From assembly GCA_030390025.1 (NCBI GenBank), contig JASTWF010000595.1, positions 124,001 to 188,000 of the forward strand: a DNA stretch of 64,000 nt, read 5' to 3'. The position numbers were made by a program, and so were the translations under genes. The stretch is from Squalus acanthias (Eukaryota). This document shows positions 1 through 13,439 of this stretch, piece by piece. The notes under the pieces were generated by a model. The model was not told the origin of the DNA. It searched no databases and worked only from the letters and a program-made list of their open reading frames with translations. How positions within the stretch are numbered: the stretch's first letter is position 1; every line of letters begins with the position of its first letter.

Positions 1-217
1 CCGCTCCGGGGCGCCCCAAGGGCGTTGCACCACGGAATGACGTCACAATCTGCGCGCGCAGGTGGTCGCAGCGGTAAGTTTTAGCGCCGCCGCACAATCT
101 CAAGTTAAGTTCTCGAGCGGCGCAAACAGCGCTGCGCCCGGGCGTTAGCGCCTTAACGCCCCATTAGCGCCCATTTAAGGCGCTAACGGGAGGCGCAACC
201 AACTGAATTTTTACCCC
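1..217 (+). mobile_element. Right end of ~893-bp PIF/Harbinger MITE (family M893), truncated by window edge
   Basis: Near-identical to 33179-33395; ends in TIR AATTTTTACCCC at 217. Confidence 0.9.
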
Positions 218-917
218 ATTGTGCCTTTTGCACAAGCTTTGACAGCGGATGTGTATTTGCTAACTTAGCTGGGAGAGGCGGCTTCCAAACAGATATATTC
301 CTGTTTAAGGCAGGTTGGAGCTTTTCGTCCACCACAGTGATCTTACATTTCGGTTTTCCACTTCATGGCAAGAACAAAATCAGACAGTGGCCGCAACAGG
401 GGCAGATCAGCTGTTGCAAATTAATTGAAAATCTTAACACTAATAACTAACGCAACATAAGACATAATGATAAAAGGACAACAATGGGCTCTTAAAAAAC
501 AGACATCACACGTGAATAATGGTTATTTACGCAAGGTCCCAATGGATGATCAGAGCCCATGGAACTGTACACCAGCAAGAAGACAATACCTTCGGAGATG
601 GGAAATGGTAATAATAATAATAAAAATGAATAAGTAACAGAATTGAGACAAACAGAATCTCTGAAGTAAAGTTACTTTGGACAGTTCGGACCTCGTTCCT
701 GGTGAACCTGGCACTGACTTCACAGCACAAACTGCCCTTAGGGTGGCCCTGATGGGCGAATAGGATGGATATGTTCTATGGATTTCAAATTTTGGGTTAA
801 GGCACATTTTTTGGGAACAGTTTATAACGCATCGGAGGAAGATTTTTTCTGGTCACTTTGGCCAAAGCTGTAAACATGTCCATTTCGACAACTTCTACTG
901 TTTTTCTAGAAAGACAG

Positions 918-1316
918 ACTTACGTTTATATGGAGCCTCATCACATCTCTGAAATGTCCCCAAGTGCTTCATGTACAATTAATTACTATAAAGTGCAGTG
1001 ACTTAATATTTGGGCAAATGTGGCATCTATTTTGTATACAGCAAGTACAAATGAACTGTTAATTTCTTCTGGTAGTTTTGGTTGAGAGAACAATATTGAA
1101 CAGGACTCTGGGAGAATTCCCTACTCTTCTTCAGATAGTGTCTTTAACACTCATCTGAGTCACCAGAACAGGCAGATGGGGTCTCCGTTTAATGTCTTAT
1201 CTGATGTTTGGCACCCCTGACAATGGAGCACTCCCTCAGAACTGCACTGGAGTGGAGCTTGAACCTGAATCTTCAGACTCAGAAGTGAGTGTGCTACCAA
1301 CTGAGATAACCTGACA
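918..1316 (-). mobile_element. Degenerate tRNA-derived Deu-type SINE
   Basis: Colinear but diverged relative to the SINE at 3655-4088 (tRNA-like head near 1250-1316, L2-type tail near 920). Confidence 0.65.
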
Positions 1317-1918
1317 TAGGAAAGGCAGGAAATCCTTCAGCAATCTTTACGATGCCATTAACACACAGTGAACTGGCAAAATCTTTCCTGCATTCTGCCT
1401 GACCAGGGAGGACTCAATGACACTGGATACAGAAAATGGAGAAAGGTGATTTTTCCCCAGTGGAGGCATGCATCACGTAGAACTCATCCATTAAAACTTA
1501 TTGTAAAAAACAAGAATCCCTGATCCAAGCATAACATTAACATACAAAATACTTAGTCAGGCATAAAATGTTATTCAATGATCTTTCTCTGATGCTCAGC
1601 AGGGTACAAGAATCATTCCACTGTCAAGTTTCACCTTATAATAATGCCTCATTTTACAAATTAATCACTATTATGTGAAGTGTACATTTTAGACCAGATA
1701 GAGTCAGATATTAACTATAACCAATGAAAAGTACTGGATTTTCCAGTAGCAAGCCATAAAATAAAGTTGCATTCTTTTGACCTTACTATTCCTTTACCAG
1801 TGACTGTGGTACATTACTACCTTTGGTTATTATCTGTAACATTCACTTAATACTAAACATAACTAATTGAATTTATCACCAGCATACCAAAACATTAATG
1901 TAAGACAATTTATTTGCT

Positions 1919-2275
1919 GTAATAAAACCAGAAATTGCTGGAAATACTCAGCAGGTGAGGCAGCATCTGTGGAAAGAGAAACAGAGTTAACGTTTCCGGT
2001 CGATGACCTTTCATCAGCACTGAAAAATGTTTGAGATGCAGCAAGTTTTAAGCAAGTGCAGAAGCAGGGAAAGTGGGAGGGGAGGAAAGAACAAAGGGGA
2101 AGGTCTGTGGTAGGGTAGAAGGCAAGAGAGATTAAATGACAAAAGGGATGAAGTTGCAAGGCAAAAGGGGGTGGTAAAGAAACAAAAGATGGGTCCAGAG
2201 CAGCTGAAAATGACAACAGCAGAATCATTACCAGCAACTGCTGTCCGAAAAAATGGAAGCATTGGGTCTGATCTG
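1919..2275 (-). mobile_element. Penelope-like element end (pLTR) with hammerhead-type motif
   Basis: Same repeat as 57486-57700, 24069-24208 and 63215-63335; minus strand 1985-2021 reads CTGATGA-A-AGGTC-ATC-GACCG-GAAACGTT. Penelope assignment is by the known HHR/pLTR association. Confidence 0.6.
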
Positions 2276-2949
2276 AAATTATCAGTGATGTAAGAAAACT
2301 ACTAGGCACTTGGTCTAAGCGTTAAACAAAGCTTTAATCAACTGTTTTACAACATGGAGGTCTAGCTGTGTCCTTCACTAGTTCCTGTTGAGGAATGTCC
2401 TGAGCAAGCTGGGGCCGTGCCCGAGTATTTATACTCTCCCTGGACAGCGCCACCAGCAGGCCGCCCAGTATTATTTCATAAGTCATTTCCACATGAATGA
2501 CAAGATTCATGTCAATCACCTCACCTCACAGTCTCTTTATAAGAAAGTGGCGAAGGCAGCTGAATAAAACCAAGACTCTCACCAGCTCTCTTATTTCCTC
2601 AAATTGTGGCACATGTTGTTCAGGTTTGGGAGCACCCAAACTCATACTTCAATAACTTTGGTTGCAGCTTTAGAAAACTTGAAGGTTCCATTGACCTCCC
2701 ATTTCCATTTCGACTCTCCGCTATTCCTTAAATAACAATTTTAGAAATACTGTGCACTGCCCTTCTATCTCTCAAATTATAAGCAGCAAGATAAAAATGA
2801 GATATCCTCTGGAGAAATTCATATGCAAATGAACCACTGATATTTGCAATGCTTAAGGATTTTTGTTTAATCGGGAGATCAAGGTGAAGAGGCAAGGTCC
2901 ATAGTACAGGGCATCACCAGAGACGACAAGGTAAATCAGAAAGTCGTGA

Positions 2950-3480
2950 TTTTTTTTTATCCGTTCCTGGGATGTGGGCATCGCTGGCAAGGCCAGCATT
3001 TATTGCCCATCCCTAATTGCCCTCGAGAAGGTGGTGGCGAGCCGCCTTCTTGAACCGCTGCAGTCCGTGTGGTAAAGGTACTCCCACAGTGCTGTTAGGG
3101 CGGGTGTTCCAGGATTTTGACTCAGCAACGATGAAGGAACGCCGATATATTTCCAAGTCAGGATGGTGTGTAACTTGGAGGGGAACTTGCTGGTAATGGT
3201 GTTCCCATGTGCCTGCTGCTCTTGTCCTTCTAGGTGGTAGAGATCGCAGGTTTGGGAGGTGCTGTCGAAGAAGCCTTGGCGAGTTGCTGCAGTGCATCTT
3301 GTAGTTGGTACACACTGCAGCCACGGTGCGCCGGTGGTGGAGGGAGTGAATGTTTAAGGTGGTGGATGGGGTGCCAATCAAGCGGGCTGCTTTGTTCTGG
3401 ATGGTGTCGAGCTTTTTGAGTGTTGTTGGAGCAAGTGGAGAGTATTCCATCACACTCCTGACTTGTGCCTTGATGGTGGG
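2950..3480 (-). mobile_element. 3' fragment of a non-LTR retrotransposon (Jockey/CR1-L2 superclade, exact clade uncertain)
   Basis: ORF2 C-terminus (KAQVRSVMEYSPLA...HLLEGN*), then AATAAA and a poly-A tail (T-run near 2950); same family as 8839-10131. Confidence 0.85.
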
Positions 3481-3654
3481 TGACGCTAAGCTCAGGTTGT
3501 AAAAGGCTGTGGGTTGTCGGAGGATGGGAAGACTGAGAGGTAAGGAATTCCACAGTTTTGAGCTGCTGGGAATGAGAGTATGAGCTGGTGCGATCAGTCT
3601 TGATTTCAACACAGTGAGGACGTAAGGAAGAGGAGACAATGTAAAAAGAAAGGA

Positions 3655-4088
3655 AGACTTACATTTATATAGCGCTTTTCACAACCTCAGGAGTCCCAAA
3701 GTGCTTTACAGCTAATGAAGTACTTTAGAAGTGTAGTCACTGTTGTAATGTAGGAAACGCGGTAGCCTATCTGCGCACAGCAAGATTCCACAAACAATAA
3801 TGTGATAACGACCAGATAATTTGTTTGTAGTGATATTGATTCAGGGATAAATATTGGCCAGTGCACCCCTGCTCTTCTTTGAAATAGTGCCATGGGATCT
3901 TTTCTATCCACCTGAGAGGGCAGACGGGGCCATCGGTTTAACGTCTCATCCGAAAGACAACATGTCCAACAGCGCAGCATTGGAGTGTCAGCCTCAATTT
4001 TAGTGCTCAAGTCTCTGGAGTGGGACTTGAACCCCACAACCTACTGACTCAGAGGTGAGGAGTGCTACCAACTGAGCCACAGCTGACA
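3655..4088 (-). mobile_element. tRNA-derived SINE with Deu-like core and L2-type tail (DeuSINE/SacSINE1-like)
   Basis: Minus strand has A box TGGCTCAGTTGG and B box GGTTCAAGTCC; 3' end GCGCTATATAAATG is shared with the L2 tail at 30085; six copies in the window. Confidence 0.85.
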
Positions 4089-5539
4089 GCTAAGGATAAG
4101 GAGAGTGCGCAGGTAGAAAGATTGTGTTGTTTCTGGACTTGCTGGGTAAATATGGGGTTAAATATACTTTGGATGAGATGACACATTGTACCAACAGTTC
4201 ACATGAGGCTTACCTCCAGGAATTCTGAGCATCATCTCATCAGAGGATAGCTGTATAGGCTTCTATTTTATTCAAAATACTTTTATGAAAGGAAAAACAA
4301 AATCAGGGAACATCAGAATTGCCTGAGCATTACTGTGTAAGTTAAAGGGCGGAGAACTGCCTCGCACATTGCCAGTCTTCTCCTTTTTGTTTTGTGTCAT
4401 TGTAATTATTATCACCTGCAGTGAGGCACCCTGGCTACAATTAGATAATCTCTAGTGTTGAGCCCCTGATGCACTGTGACATGTTCGAGATTTTCAACCC
4501 TGCTAGCTGGACCAGACTTGGCCATAATCCAGTTTTATAAAAAGGGAAAAGGCACAAGTAGGGCATTTTAAAATCTCAGAACTAGTTTTCAATTCTGCCT
4601 TCTTCGCCAGTCATCTTAAATAAACAATGAGTCCGTCCATAATTGAGTCTTTTCATAATCCCCGTCTCCCTGTGCAGGAACCCAGATTCTCACTTGAGAC
4701 TCAGCGAGCACTGACATAAATCACACTCAGTCCCATTAACACATTTTTTTTATACCTTTCAAGGTCAGTGTATTTCAAAGCTACCCAGCAATGACAGGAG
4801 GAACAGAGGTTTATTTCATTTATATTCATTCGCCAGATGCAGGGTTTGGAGTATTTTTCTGTGGTTGCTCATAGTACTGTCAGGAGCACAGGAACAGGAG
4901 TAGACCATTCGGCCCCTCCAGCCTGATCAGCCATTCAATTAGATCACGGTTGATGCATCAAGGGAGCGTTAGGAGTGACAATTGTGACCAGCAAGGCTGA
5001 CAGTGATTTTACATTTTCCACCAGTTTTGGGAGAGCACTGGAGAGATTGGTCTCCCTGCTTCCATTCACCACTGGTTTCTGTATTTGGATTTGGAGCTGC
5101 CAAATCCTACAGCGGTTCGCAATACCCATGAAATAGTGGGTTTCCACTGTCGCCTGGACCAGGCTAGTCAGGCGAGTTTATACTTCTAAGTACAATTGAT
5201 GGCTGCAGAACATTGGCAGCAGTTTTAGAATGGGAAAGCTCCTAAACCAAAATGTATGATCCTCACTCCTTAAGAGAACTGTGATGGAGAACTATGATGT
5301 TTTACTAGACGGATGAGCCGAGATGAGGTAAATGGATTTCCTCCTCCATATCCATCTTGCGATCTTGTGGAAAGGCCGTTGGCATATTTCATTATGATTA
5401 ATTAACCTCCCGTGGCATTGCATATCGGGAGGTGGGGGCTGTAACTTTAACTATTAATCGCCGGGCGAAAAACGGGCGATAGAGAATTGGCAGCCTGTTT
5501 TACACCTCACCTTGCTTTTCTTTTCCAATGAATCACTCA

Positions 5540-6340
5540 ATCTGACCATAGCAAGCACCAGCTCAGATATTGGCACCACGCGTACTTTAGAGGCTATGTT
5601 AGAGGATGGGTCTTCACGTGGTGAATCACTGGGGACAATTGTGCAGGAACTAGGGCAGGGAGATGGGGTGCCACAGGTGCCAGCTTGCTGAAGGGCGATA
5701 TCACATACTAACTCTGCTGCAGAGGACTTGGATGCTGACTTCGAAGGCCCAGCCTACCGCAGAAGGCTGATGGACCTATACCAGGATATGCTAGGTGCAT
5801 TGAGCAGCTTGCCAGTGATGTATTGTGCACAATGTCGCAGAGCATGGAGGAGTCCAGCTCCAACTTGTGTCAAGGCTTTGCGCAGAGCATGGACACCATT
5901 CTGTCCAACATGGACCAGGTGGTCAGCTCCATGAACACTACAGTGCCACTACCATGATGGAGCCTCTCCTGACAGCTCTCACAGCTGCCATATAAACTCA
6001 GATTACTGCCATCTTGGCTTTGGGGGCCACTGTTCACAGGGGATTCCAGAGTATCACGTCACTCCTGCACTCTGTTCTCATGCGGAACCGGAGGAGTGCT
6101 GAGCCATAATCACAGGAGCATGATCTTGGCACCATGGAAAAGGCACCAGCTGTCCTCTCTCAGGAAGACAGCATGTCTGCTCCCCCACCATCAACTCCGC
6201 CAGTGCCACACAGCCAGCTGGCCCAGACGGCCCCGGCCCATGTCGAGATGCTGCAGTCTGTAGTCAGGCCCTCAAGACCCAGAGCTGCTCGAGGTCACCC
6301 ACCATGGCCATCTGAAGTGTCCTCAATGGAAACTCAGGGG
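5540..6340 (+). pseudogene. Remnant of Harbinger Myb/SANT gene last exon
   Basis: DADFEGPAYRRRLM...MLGALSSLP aligns with 15424-16092 (DDFDGPGYRRRLM...MFGALESLP); frameshifted, no TIRs found. Confidence 0.75.
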
Positions 6341-6559
6341 TGATGTCTGGAAGCATTTTTTTCACACTGGATACTAGAAATCTGGAACTCGCTCCCCCAA
6401 AAGGCTATGGTTGCTGGGTTAATTGAAATTTTCAGGACTGAGATGGATAGATATTTGTTGGGCAAGATATTTATCCCTCAACCCTTGGATATTAAATTAA
6501 TATTTTGCATTTTAACTTTTTCAAATGATGGTGAACTTTAACAGAACCCAAAGTGGTTA

Positions 6560-7080
6560 AGTCATCGAGCCCCAATGACATGCATCCTATTCTGTTAAAA
6601 TAAATCAGAAAGGCAACAGCAGAGGCTCTGGCCACAATTTTCAATCCTCCTTAAATATGCAAATAGTGTCATCACACTGGAGAGTAGCAATGTAACATCT
6701 TTGTTCATCAAGGGAGAGAAGGACATAACTGTAGACCAATTAGTCTAACATCAGCTGTGGACAAACTCTTAAAATCCATAATTTGAGGTAAAATTAGTGA
6801 GCGTTTAGAACTGCATAGATTAATCAAGGACAGCAAGTACAGTTTTGTTGAAGGCAAACTGATAGATAAAGTGCATTCAGTAGATGTAGTGTATATGGAT
6901 TCTGAGAAAGTATTTGATAAGGCTTGTGAGAAATATTCAATTGTATGGTACAAGAGGAAATATACCAGTATAGATAGAAAGTCGATTGGCAGACAGGAAA
7001 CATGGAATTAGTTTTAGACTGCTTTAGCAAAATGTAAACACAGACATGATGGGCTGAATGGCTTCCTAAATTGTGAAGTA
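6560..7080 (+). mobile_element. Highly degenerate CR1 LINE fragments
   Basis: Remnants of NYRPISLTS and DVVYMDF..FDK motifs and a CR1 3' UTR. Confidence 0.65.
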
Positions 7081-8838
7081 TGAAGTTTTTCCTCTAATCT
7101 TTGTATGTAGCTGGGGAGGTGAGGAGAGGGGGTTGGGAGGGGGGCGGGGGCTGGGGGGTTGTCAGTTGAACAGAAGTGGGAGTCGCAGCTTGGAGGAACA
7201 AGACCAAAACCCAAAGTGCTGTTGGCTTTTTTTGTGGTGTTATCAAATGATATAACCAAACAGAAGCAAGTAGAAGGAAATTGATTAGAATAAATTTGAT
7301 ATAGAATTATTAAACAAAGGGGGAGAAATTGGCTAACCCCTGAAAACGAGCGTGGGGATCGCGGATTACGCAATTAACCCATGCCCATTCATTGCGTTGC
7401 AGGCAGCAAGTTAAATTGGTGCTGGCTGCTGCTTTACATGATTGCTGCATGCAGCCAGTGCTACCCGTGCTGTTCATTGGCTGCATGCATCAGCAGGGGG
7501 CCCAATATTGCGAGTGGCTCCCACTACTTAAAGGCAGCCTGCACCTCTTAAAGGGGAGGTGCATTGTGGCTGCAAGAAGTGGTGGGAGTTTTTTCAAAAG
7601 TCAATCTGGGCTGTGATACTTTGAGCAATGGTTGAACATGCGAGAGAACGGTTTACAGACAATGCACTGGAGGTCTTGGTGGAAAAGGTGGAAAGAAGAA
7701 GAGACGTCCTATATCCACAGTGGGGCAGGAGGCCCTCCAGACATATCCTCAGGAGGAAGTGGGAAGAAGTAGCGATGGAGGTCAATGCCAGGAGTGTTGC
7801 TCCAAGAACATGGATACTGTACAGGAACAGGTGTAACAATCTCACATGAGTTGTCAAGGTGAGTGAGTTTATCCTCAAATGGAATATCCTACCAACATAT
7901 CCACTGCTCAATTCTCTGCACCCCCATCATGCACCTACCAACCCTAAACTTCTTATATTTTACCTTACCCTCACACATTTAGCACTGTTGCAAGCCTCGC
8001 ACACACTGGCAGCTAATCAACCATGACAGTCACATCACACAAACATATTGCAGGACACTCGCTGACAAACTTCCCTCTTGCACGGGATCTGCATCTGCAA
8101 GAGCCAGTGTGGGGGGGAAAGGTCGCGCACTAGTTCTGCTGTAGAGGACTCAGATGAGGACTTCGATTGGCCAGCTACAGAAGAATGCTGATGGGTGTAC
8201 ATAATCAAATGCTTGGTGCATTGGAAAGCCTGCCAGAAAGCCTGTACTCAATGTCAAGGAGCATGGAGGAGTCCAGCACTAACTTGGCACAGGGCTTTGC
8301 GCAGACCTTGGAGCCCATCCTTTCCAACATGGAATGGGTGGTCACCTCCATCAGCACACCTGTGGAACCCACCATGATACAGCATCTGATGGCTAATGTC
8401 ACAGCTTGTATTGCAGCACAAACAGTTTCCATCAAAGGTCTGAGTGCTGCAGTGGAAGCTCAGACTGCTGCCTTGCAAACTCAGACTGCTACCATCATGG
8501 CTCTGGAAACCAGAGTTCAAAGGAGTTTCCAGGGCATCACAGTAGTCCAACAATCTATCCTCCAACAGATTACTATGATTGCTGAGGCGACAGCTCAGGA
8601 GAGTCACAGTGGCTCCGTAGAGCACGAACCTGCCATTCTCTCTTAGGTTGACAGCATTCCTGCTCCTACCCCTGTCACTCCACCAGTGCCCATGTTGTTG
8701 CCTGTCAGCCAGCCAGCCCAGACTGCTGCAGCCCAGGCCGAGATGGTGCAGTCTGAGGCTGGGCCTTCTAGGCCCAGAACTGCTCGTGGTCGCCCTCCAG
8801 GTCCATCTGCAGTCTCCTCTATTGAAGGTGAGCAGCCT

Positions 8839-10131
8839 TTTTTTTAAAATTCATTCCTGGGATGTGGGCGTCACTGTCAAGGCCAGCATTTATTGCCCAT
8901 CCTTAATTGCCCTTGAGAAGGTGGTAGTGAGCCACCTTCTTGAACCGCTGCAGTCTGTGTGGTGAAGGTACTCCCACAGTGCTGTTAGGGAGGGAGTTCC
9001 AGGATTTTGACCCAGCGACGATGAAGGAACGCCGATATATCTCCAAATCAGGATGGTGGGGAACTTCGAGGGGAACTTGCAGGTGATGGTGTTCCCGTGT
9101 GCCTGCTGCCCTTATCCTTCTAGGTGGTAGAGGTCGTGGGTTTGGGAGGTGCTGTCGAAGAAGCCTTGGCGAGTTGCTGCAGTGCATCTTGTAGATGGTA
9201 CACACTGCAGCCACGGTACACCAGTGGTGGAGGGAGTGAATGTTTAAGCTGGTCGATGGGGTGCCAATCAAGCAGGCTGCTTTGTCCTGGATGGTGTCGA
9301 GCTTCTTGAGTGTTGTTGGAGCTGCACTCATCCAGGCAAGTGGAGAGTATTCTATCACACTCCTAACTTGTGCCTTGTAGATGGTGGAAAGGCTTTGGGG
9401 AGTCAGGAGGTGAGACACTCGCCGCAGAATACCTAGCTTCTGACCTGCTCTTGTTGCCACAGTATTTATGTGGCTGGTCCAGTTAAATTCCTGGTGAATG
9501 GTGACCCCCAGGATGTTGATGGTGGGAGATTCGGCGATGGTAATGCCGTTGAATATCAAGAGGCGGTGACTAGACTCTCGCTTGTTGGAGATAGTCATTG
9601 CCTGCCACTTGTGTGGCGCGAATGTTACTTGCCACTTATCAGTTCAAGCCTGCATGTTGTCCAGGTTTTGCTGCATGCAAAAATGAGAAGTCGCACAACA
9701 CCAGGTTATAGTCCAACAGTTTTATTTGAAATCACGAGCTTTCGGAGCGCTGCTCCTTCGTAAGGTAAAGTGATTTCAAATAAAACTGTTCGACTATAAC
9801 CTGGTGTTGTGCGACTTCTCATTTTTGTCCACCCCAGTCCAACACCGGCATCTCCGCATCATTGCTGCATGCAGGTATGGACTGCTTCATTATCTGAAGA
9901 ATTGCGAATGGAACTGAACACTGTGCAATTATCAGTGAACATCCCCACTTCTGACCTTATGATGGAGGGAAGGTCATTGATGAAGCAGCTGAAAATAGTG
10001 GGGCCTAGGACACTGCCCTGAGGAACTCCTGCAGCGATGTCTGGGGCTGAGATGATTGACCTCCAACCACAACCATCTTCCTTTGTGCTAGGTATGACTC
10101 CAGCCAGTGGAGCGTTTTCCCCCGATTCCCA
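8839..10131 (-). mobile_element. 5'-truncated non-LTR retrotransposon inserted in Harbinger A
   Basis: RT motifs GVPQGSVLGP and FTDN (degenerate FADD), C-terminal ORF 8903-9598, AATAAA plus poly-A; flanks rejoin to GCAGCCTTCCAC as in Harbinger B near 16270. Confidence 0.9.
9680..9861. mobile_element. Short Penelope-like insertion: 58-bp inverted repeat enclosing a degenerate hammerhead motif
   Basis: Arms 9678-9735 and 9770-9827 (1 mismatch); 12-bp TSD TTGCTGCATGCA (9668-9679, 9862-9873); minus-strand loop CTTACGA-A-GGAGC-AGC-GCTCC-GAAAGCTC. Confidence 0.75.
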
Positions 10132-10405
10132 TTCCACCACCCATGCTGCAGCCATGGGGGAACCCCCTCGTAAGAGCACTCGGAGAGGCAAAGGCACACA
10201 GAAGCCAGGCTCTAAGGGAATGCATAAGGGAGATTTGTTTATTTTTGTATGCATTATGTCCTGATTGAATTTATAAATTTGCAATGTGCATTTTCTGGTG
10301 GTTTTTATGCTGTGTTGTGGGAAAGAAGATGATGTGATAGTCAGTGATAGAGGAAAGGTAAGTAGCATGGGACTGTTGGTGAATGGGGAGGTGTAGTTGA
10401 GGTTA

Positions 10406-11115
10406 CTAGTATCGCTTGTTAATTATTTCAGAACGTAGAGCCCAGGCAGAAAGGTGCTGTCTACGTTTTAGCCTTTCTTTCTCTTCCTGTTCCTCGACTT
10501 CCTGTTGCACTTCCACCTCCTCCTCCTCCACTTCCTCCTCCTCCTTCCACCTGATAGGTGGTGGCAAGGGCTGTTCCCTCATAATGGTGAGGTTGTGCAG
10601 CATGCAGCATACTACCACAAATCTTGGGACCCACCCAGCTGAGTGCTGCAGGGCTCCTCCAGAGCAGTCCAGGTAGTGGAAGCATTGCCTGAAGACGCCG
10701 ATGGTTTGCTCTATAATGTTCCTTGTGGCAGCATGGCTCTTATTGTAGGCCTGCTATGCACATGTGCGTGGGTTTCGGAGCAACAACTGGAAAGAGCCAG
10801 ATGCATAAAAGTTAACAGCCACTGGCAATGCTGTCCTTGCCCTGCTCTGAGGTTGCAGTTGTCGCTGCAGCAGCGACAGATTTCAGTCACAACCTCTTTA
10901 GTGAAGCGAAGATGTCTCGAGCATTGGTCTTCGCTGAAGTTGAGGTCAGAGAATTGCTCCCTAAAGACCCTCGGTGGATATGGCCTCCTGCTGAGAACCC
11001 TTCTCCCCCTCCTCCTCCTCCTCCCTCTTCTAGCAGCTTGTCCTGCTCTGCGTGGCCTCTCTTCATTCTTACAGTCAAGCTCAATTCCAAGAGGAAGCCC
11101 TACCAGGCCACCCAT
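10406..11115 (-). pseudogene. Harbinger A HARBI1-type transposase, N- and C-terminal parts (catalytic middle deleted)
   Basis: RRPYPPRVFREQFSDLNFSEDQCSRHLRFTKEVVTEIC (N-terminus) and VVCCMLHNL...acidic tail (C-terminus); region with GAIDCT and GDKGY is absent. Confidence 0.85.
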
Positions 11116-11696
11116 GCCTGAAAGCAACTTGTTTCAGCACAAGCTTATAAATCACCAAAACGGTACTTCAGCACCAACCAGTCCACTCCCTGTAGACTAT
11201 TGAAACTTTAGGCAAGTACAGGAAAGCTCCAAAAACACCTGCACTCGCACCAGCAGCCAAAAGAAATGCACCAGCAGCCAAAAAGAAATAATCCAGCAGC
11301 TAACCTGTAAATAGTCCATTACCCCATTAATAGCGCTGGTGAGGGGGGTCCTTCATGCTGTTTAACATTGTGTTCAGCTGTGCGAGGTTAGGACAGGGCC
11401 TAGGCTGGAGCCTGGCGTTCAAAAATGGCAGCGCTGGCGTCAAATCAGCGTTGCACACTGATTGACGTCATAATCTGCCTGCTCTGCATGCTGCCAGTGG
11501 TCGTTAGGTGCAGGCACGCAAACCCCTTTACCAAGATGGCGTCCCATCGGCAGTGTGTGCGCGTGAATCTCAGATGCCATTTTTCACCCTTAGGAGGGCA
11601 CATAGTGCCTTAAAAAATGGGTAGTACAGAGCCCAATTTCTCCCCCAAAGTGTTACAGGAAATTTATGATGGCACACACTATAAGCAAGACTTTTA

Positions 11697-12588
11697 GGGG
11701 GAGAAATTCAGTATCGCCCCATTTGAGGCGCAATTATCGGCCGGGCGCAAAGATTAGCGCCTGGCGCTAATTATCGCCTCCGACTGCAAACTTGACTTTT
11801 ATCGCCCCTGGAGGTGATTGGAGCGCTAAATCAGGCGCTACACATCTGTCTTAAGGCGCAAAGGCCGAGGAGCGAGGCGCTACCTCAGAGCGCTGGCGAA
11901 GCTCATGTGATGTCAGTCAGCAATGGAACACAGACACAATGGCGCCGGCCAGTTCTTAAAGGGGAGGGTTGATCTTGCTTTCCATCCACATCCTGCTCAT
12001 TGCAGCCTTGAATCTCGGCCTGGAGAGACCTGTACATCAAATCTGCTGGAAAGAATAATGGAGAGAACCAGGGAAAGAGCTCAGAGTGCAGCCCCCACAG
12101 TCTCTTCTAAATCGATACAAGGAAGGGCAAATCAAAATGAACCTGCAAAGTGCTGCTCAGTACCCAAAACTCCTTCACACAGCGTTGAATCTCTCCAGAA
12201 GTCTCTTTCTCTCGCTCTCAGAATGCGTGGTTCAAAAATGTCACCAACAAAAAAAGGCAGGAAGCGGTCGCCTTTAAATAGCGCACCCCCAGTCCCTTCC
12301 TGACTGCAAAACGCTCCCCTCAACCTGTCATTGCTAGTGGCAGGCGGTAAGGCAGGGGGCGCCACTCAATATCCGGTCCGGGCGCTACCGGGGCGTTGCG
12401 CACTCGACTGACGTTACGATCTGCCGGCGCAGGAGATCGTGGCGGTAGTGTTTAGCGCTGCCGCAAAATGTCTAGTTAATTTCGCGAGCGGCGCAAACAT
12501 CGCCACGCCCGGGCGCTAGTTGCTTTGTGCCCCATTAGCACCCTCTTAAGGCGCTAACGGGAGGCGCAACCAACTGAATTTTTCCCCC
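11697..12588 (+). mobile_element. Harbinger MITE M893 (diverged subfamily, 892 bp)
   Basis: TIR GGGGGAGAAATT / AATTTTTCCCCC, TSD TTA; colinear with 32502-33395. Confidence 0.93.
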
Positions 12589-13439
12589 TTAATGTACTTC
12601 TTTTAATACATTACTTTTAATATACTACGAAGGAATCTCGCGTGGTCTTGCTCAGGTTTAGTTGGAGGAACTGAGACGTCTTTTAGCTGTGCTTGTTTGA
12701 ATAGACTGAGAGAGGTTACAACTAGGAACAATAACGTTCATTACTTTTGCAGCACTGATTTCAGTATACTGGGGATGTAACAACATTATCAACTCATGGA
12801 CCTCAATATATTGCAGAAGGCTTGATTATATAGACCTATATAGGTAGGGCTTTCTGCAGAAAATGTATCCCTCGCCCCTCCTTCACCTATTCAGGAAGAA
12901 TTTTTGACTTATTTGATCCATAGTCTATTCAAAGCAGGGTGACCTGGATTCAAGTGTACCAGGGGAGCTGACAGAGTTGAGATGTATTTAAAATATGAAT
13001 GTGAGTGAAACTCGTCACTCATAAAATACAACATCTCAGCTTTTCAAAAATGGATGAGCCAGATACACACATATGCCCCTGAGAAACATTTCAAATTAAG
13101 GTCAGTGGATTTCACTTGAAATTAATGATTTAATATTTTCTCTGTACTGATTTTTTAAATATTATTTTGTCTGTAGTAAATCATGATTTATGACATACTT
13201 TTTTAAAAGTCTGTAAGTCCTTAAGAGCTTGGCCTTGTTGACTGGACCGTGAAAAGGTCAGCAGAATGAAATGAAAAATTGATTCCACCTGTAAAACACA
13301 TACAACTTACTAAACATTGCTTCACTGATTTTGTTTTTGTCGTTCCTGCTGGCTTATAGAGGTTACGTTATCTTACATCCTCTTATAAGTGCAATGTTTT
13401 TGAACGTTTCAGAAAGATCATCAACCTTGAAAGGAAGGA

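Larger units (their letters stand above)
7628..10240 (+). pseudogene. Harbinger A Myb/SANT-like DNA-binding protein gene (disrupted)
   Basis: Exon 1 MVEHARERFTDNALEVLV...WEEVAMEVNA (MSANTD/NAIF1-type trihelix), premature TGA at 7847, donor AAG|GTGAGT at 7859; exon 2 deleted; last exon (ORF 8167-8646) split by a LINE. Confidence 0.85.
7319..11646 (+). mobile_element. PIF/Harbinger DNA transposon, copy A (defective two-gene element)
   Basis: Perfect 14-bp TIR GGGGGAGAAATTGG / CCAATTTCTCCCCC; 3-bp TSD AAA (7316-7318, 11647-11649); convergent Myb-like and transposase remnants. Confidence 0.93.

Noticed and set aside
4020-4088. tRNA gene
   Set aside because: The A and B boxes belong to a SINE head that continues into the SINE body; no complete cloverleaf.
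11923-12303. Conserved novel 126-165 aa protein (also 32728-33114 and 50518-51015)
   Set aside because: Similarity reflects MITE copy identity; stop positions and C-termini differ among copies and no domain is recognisable.
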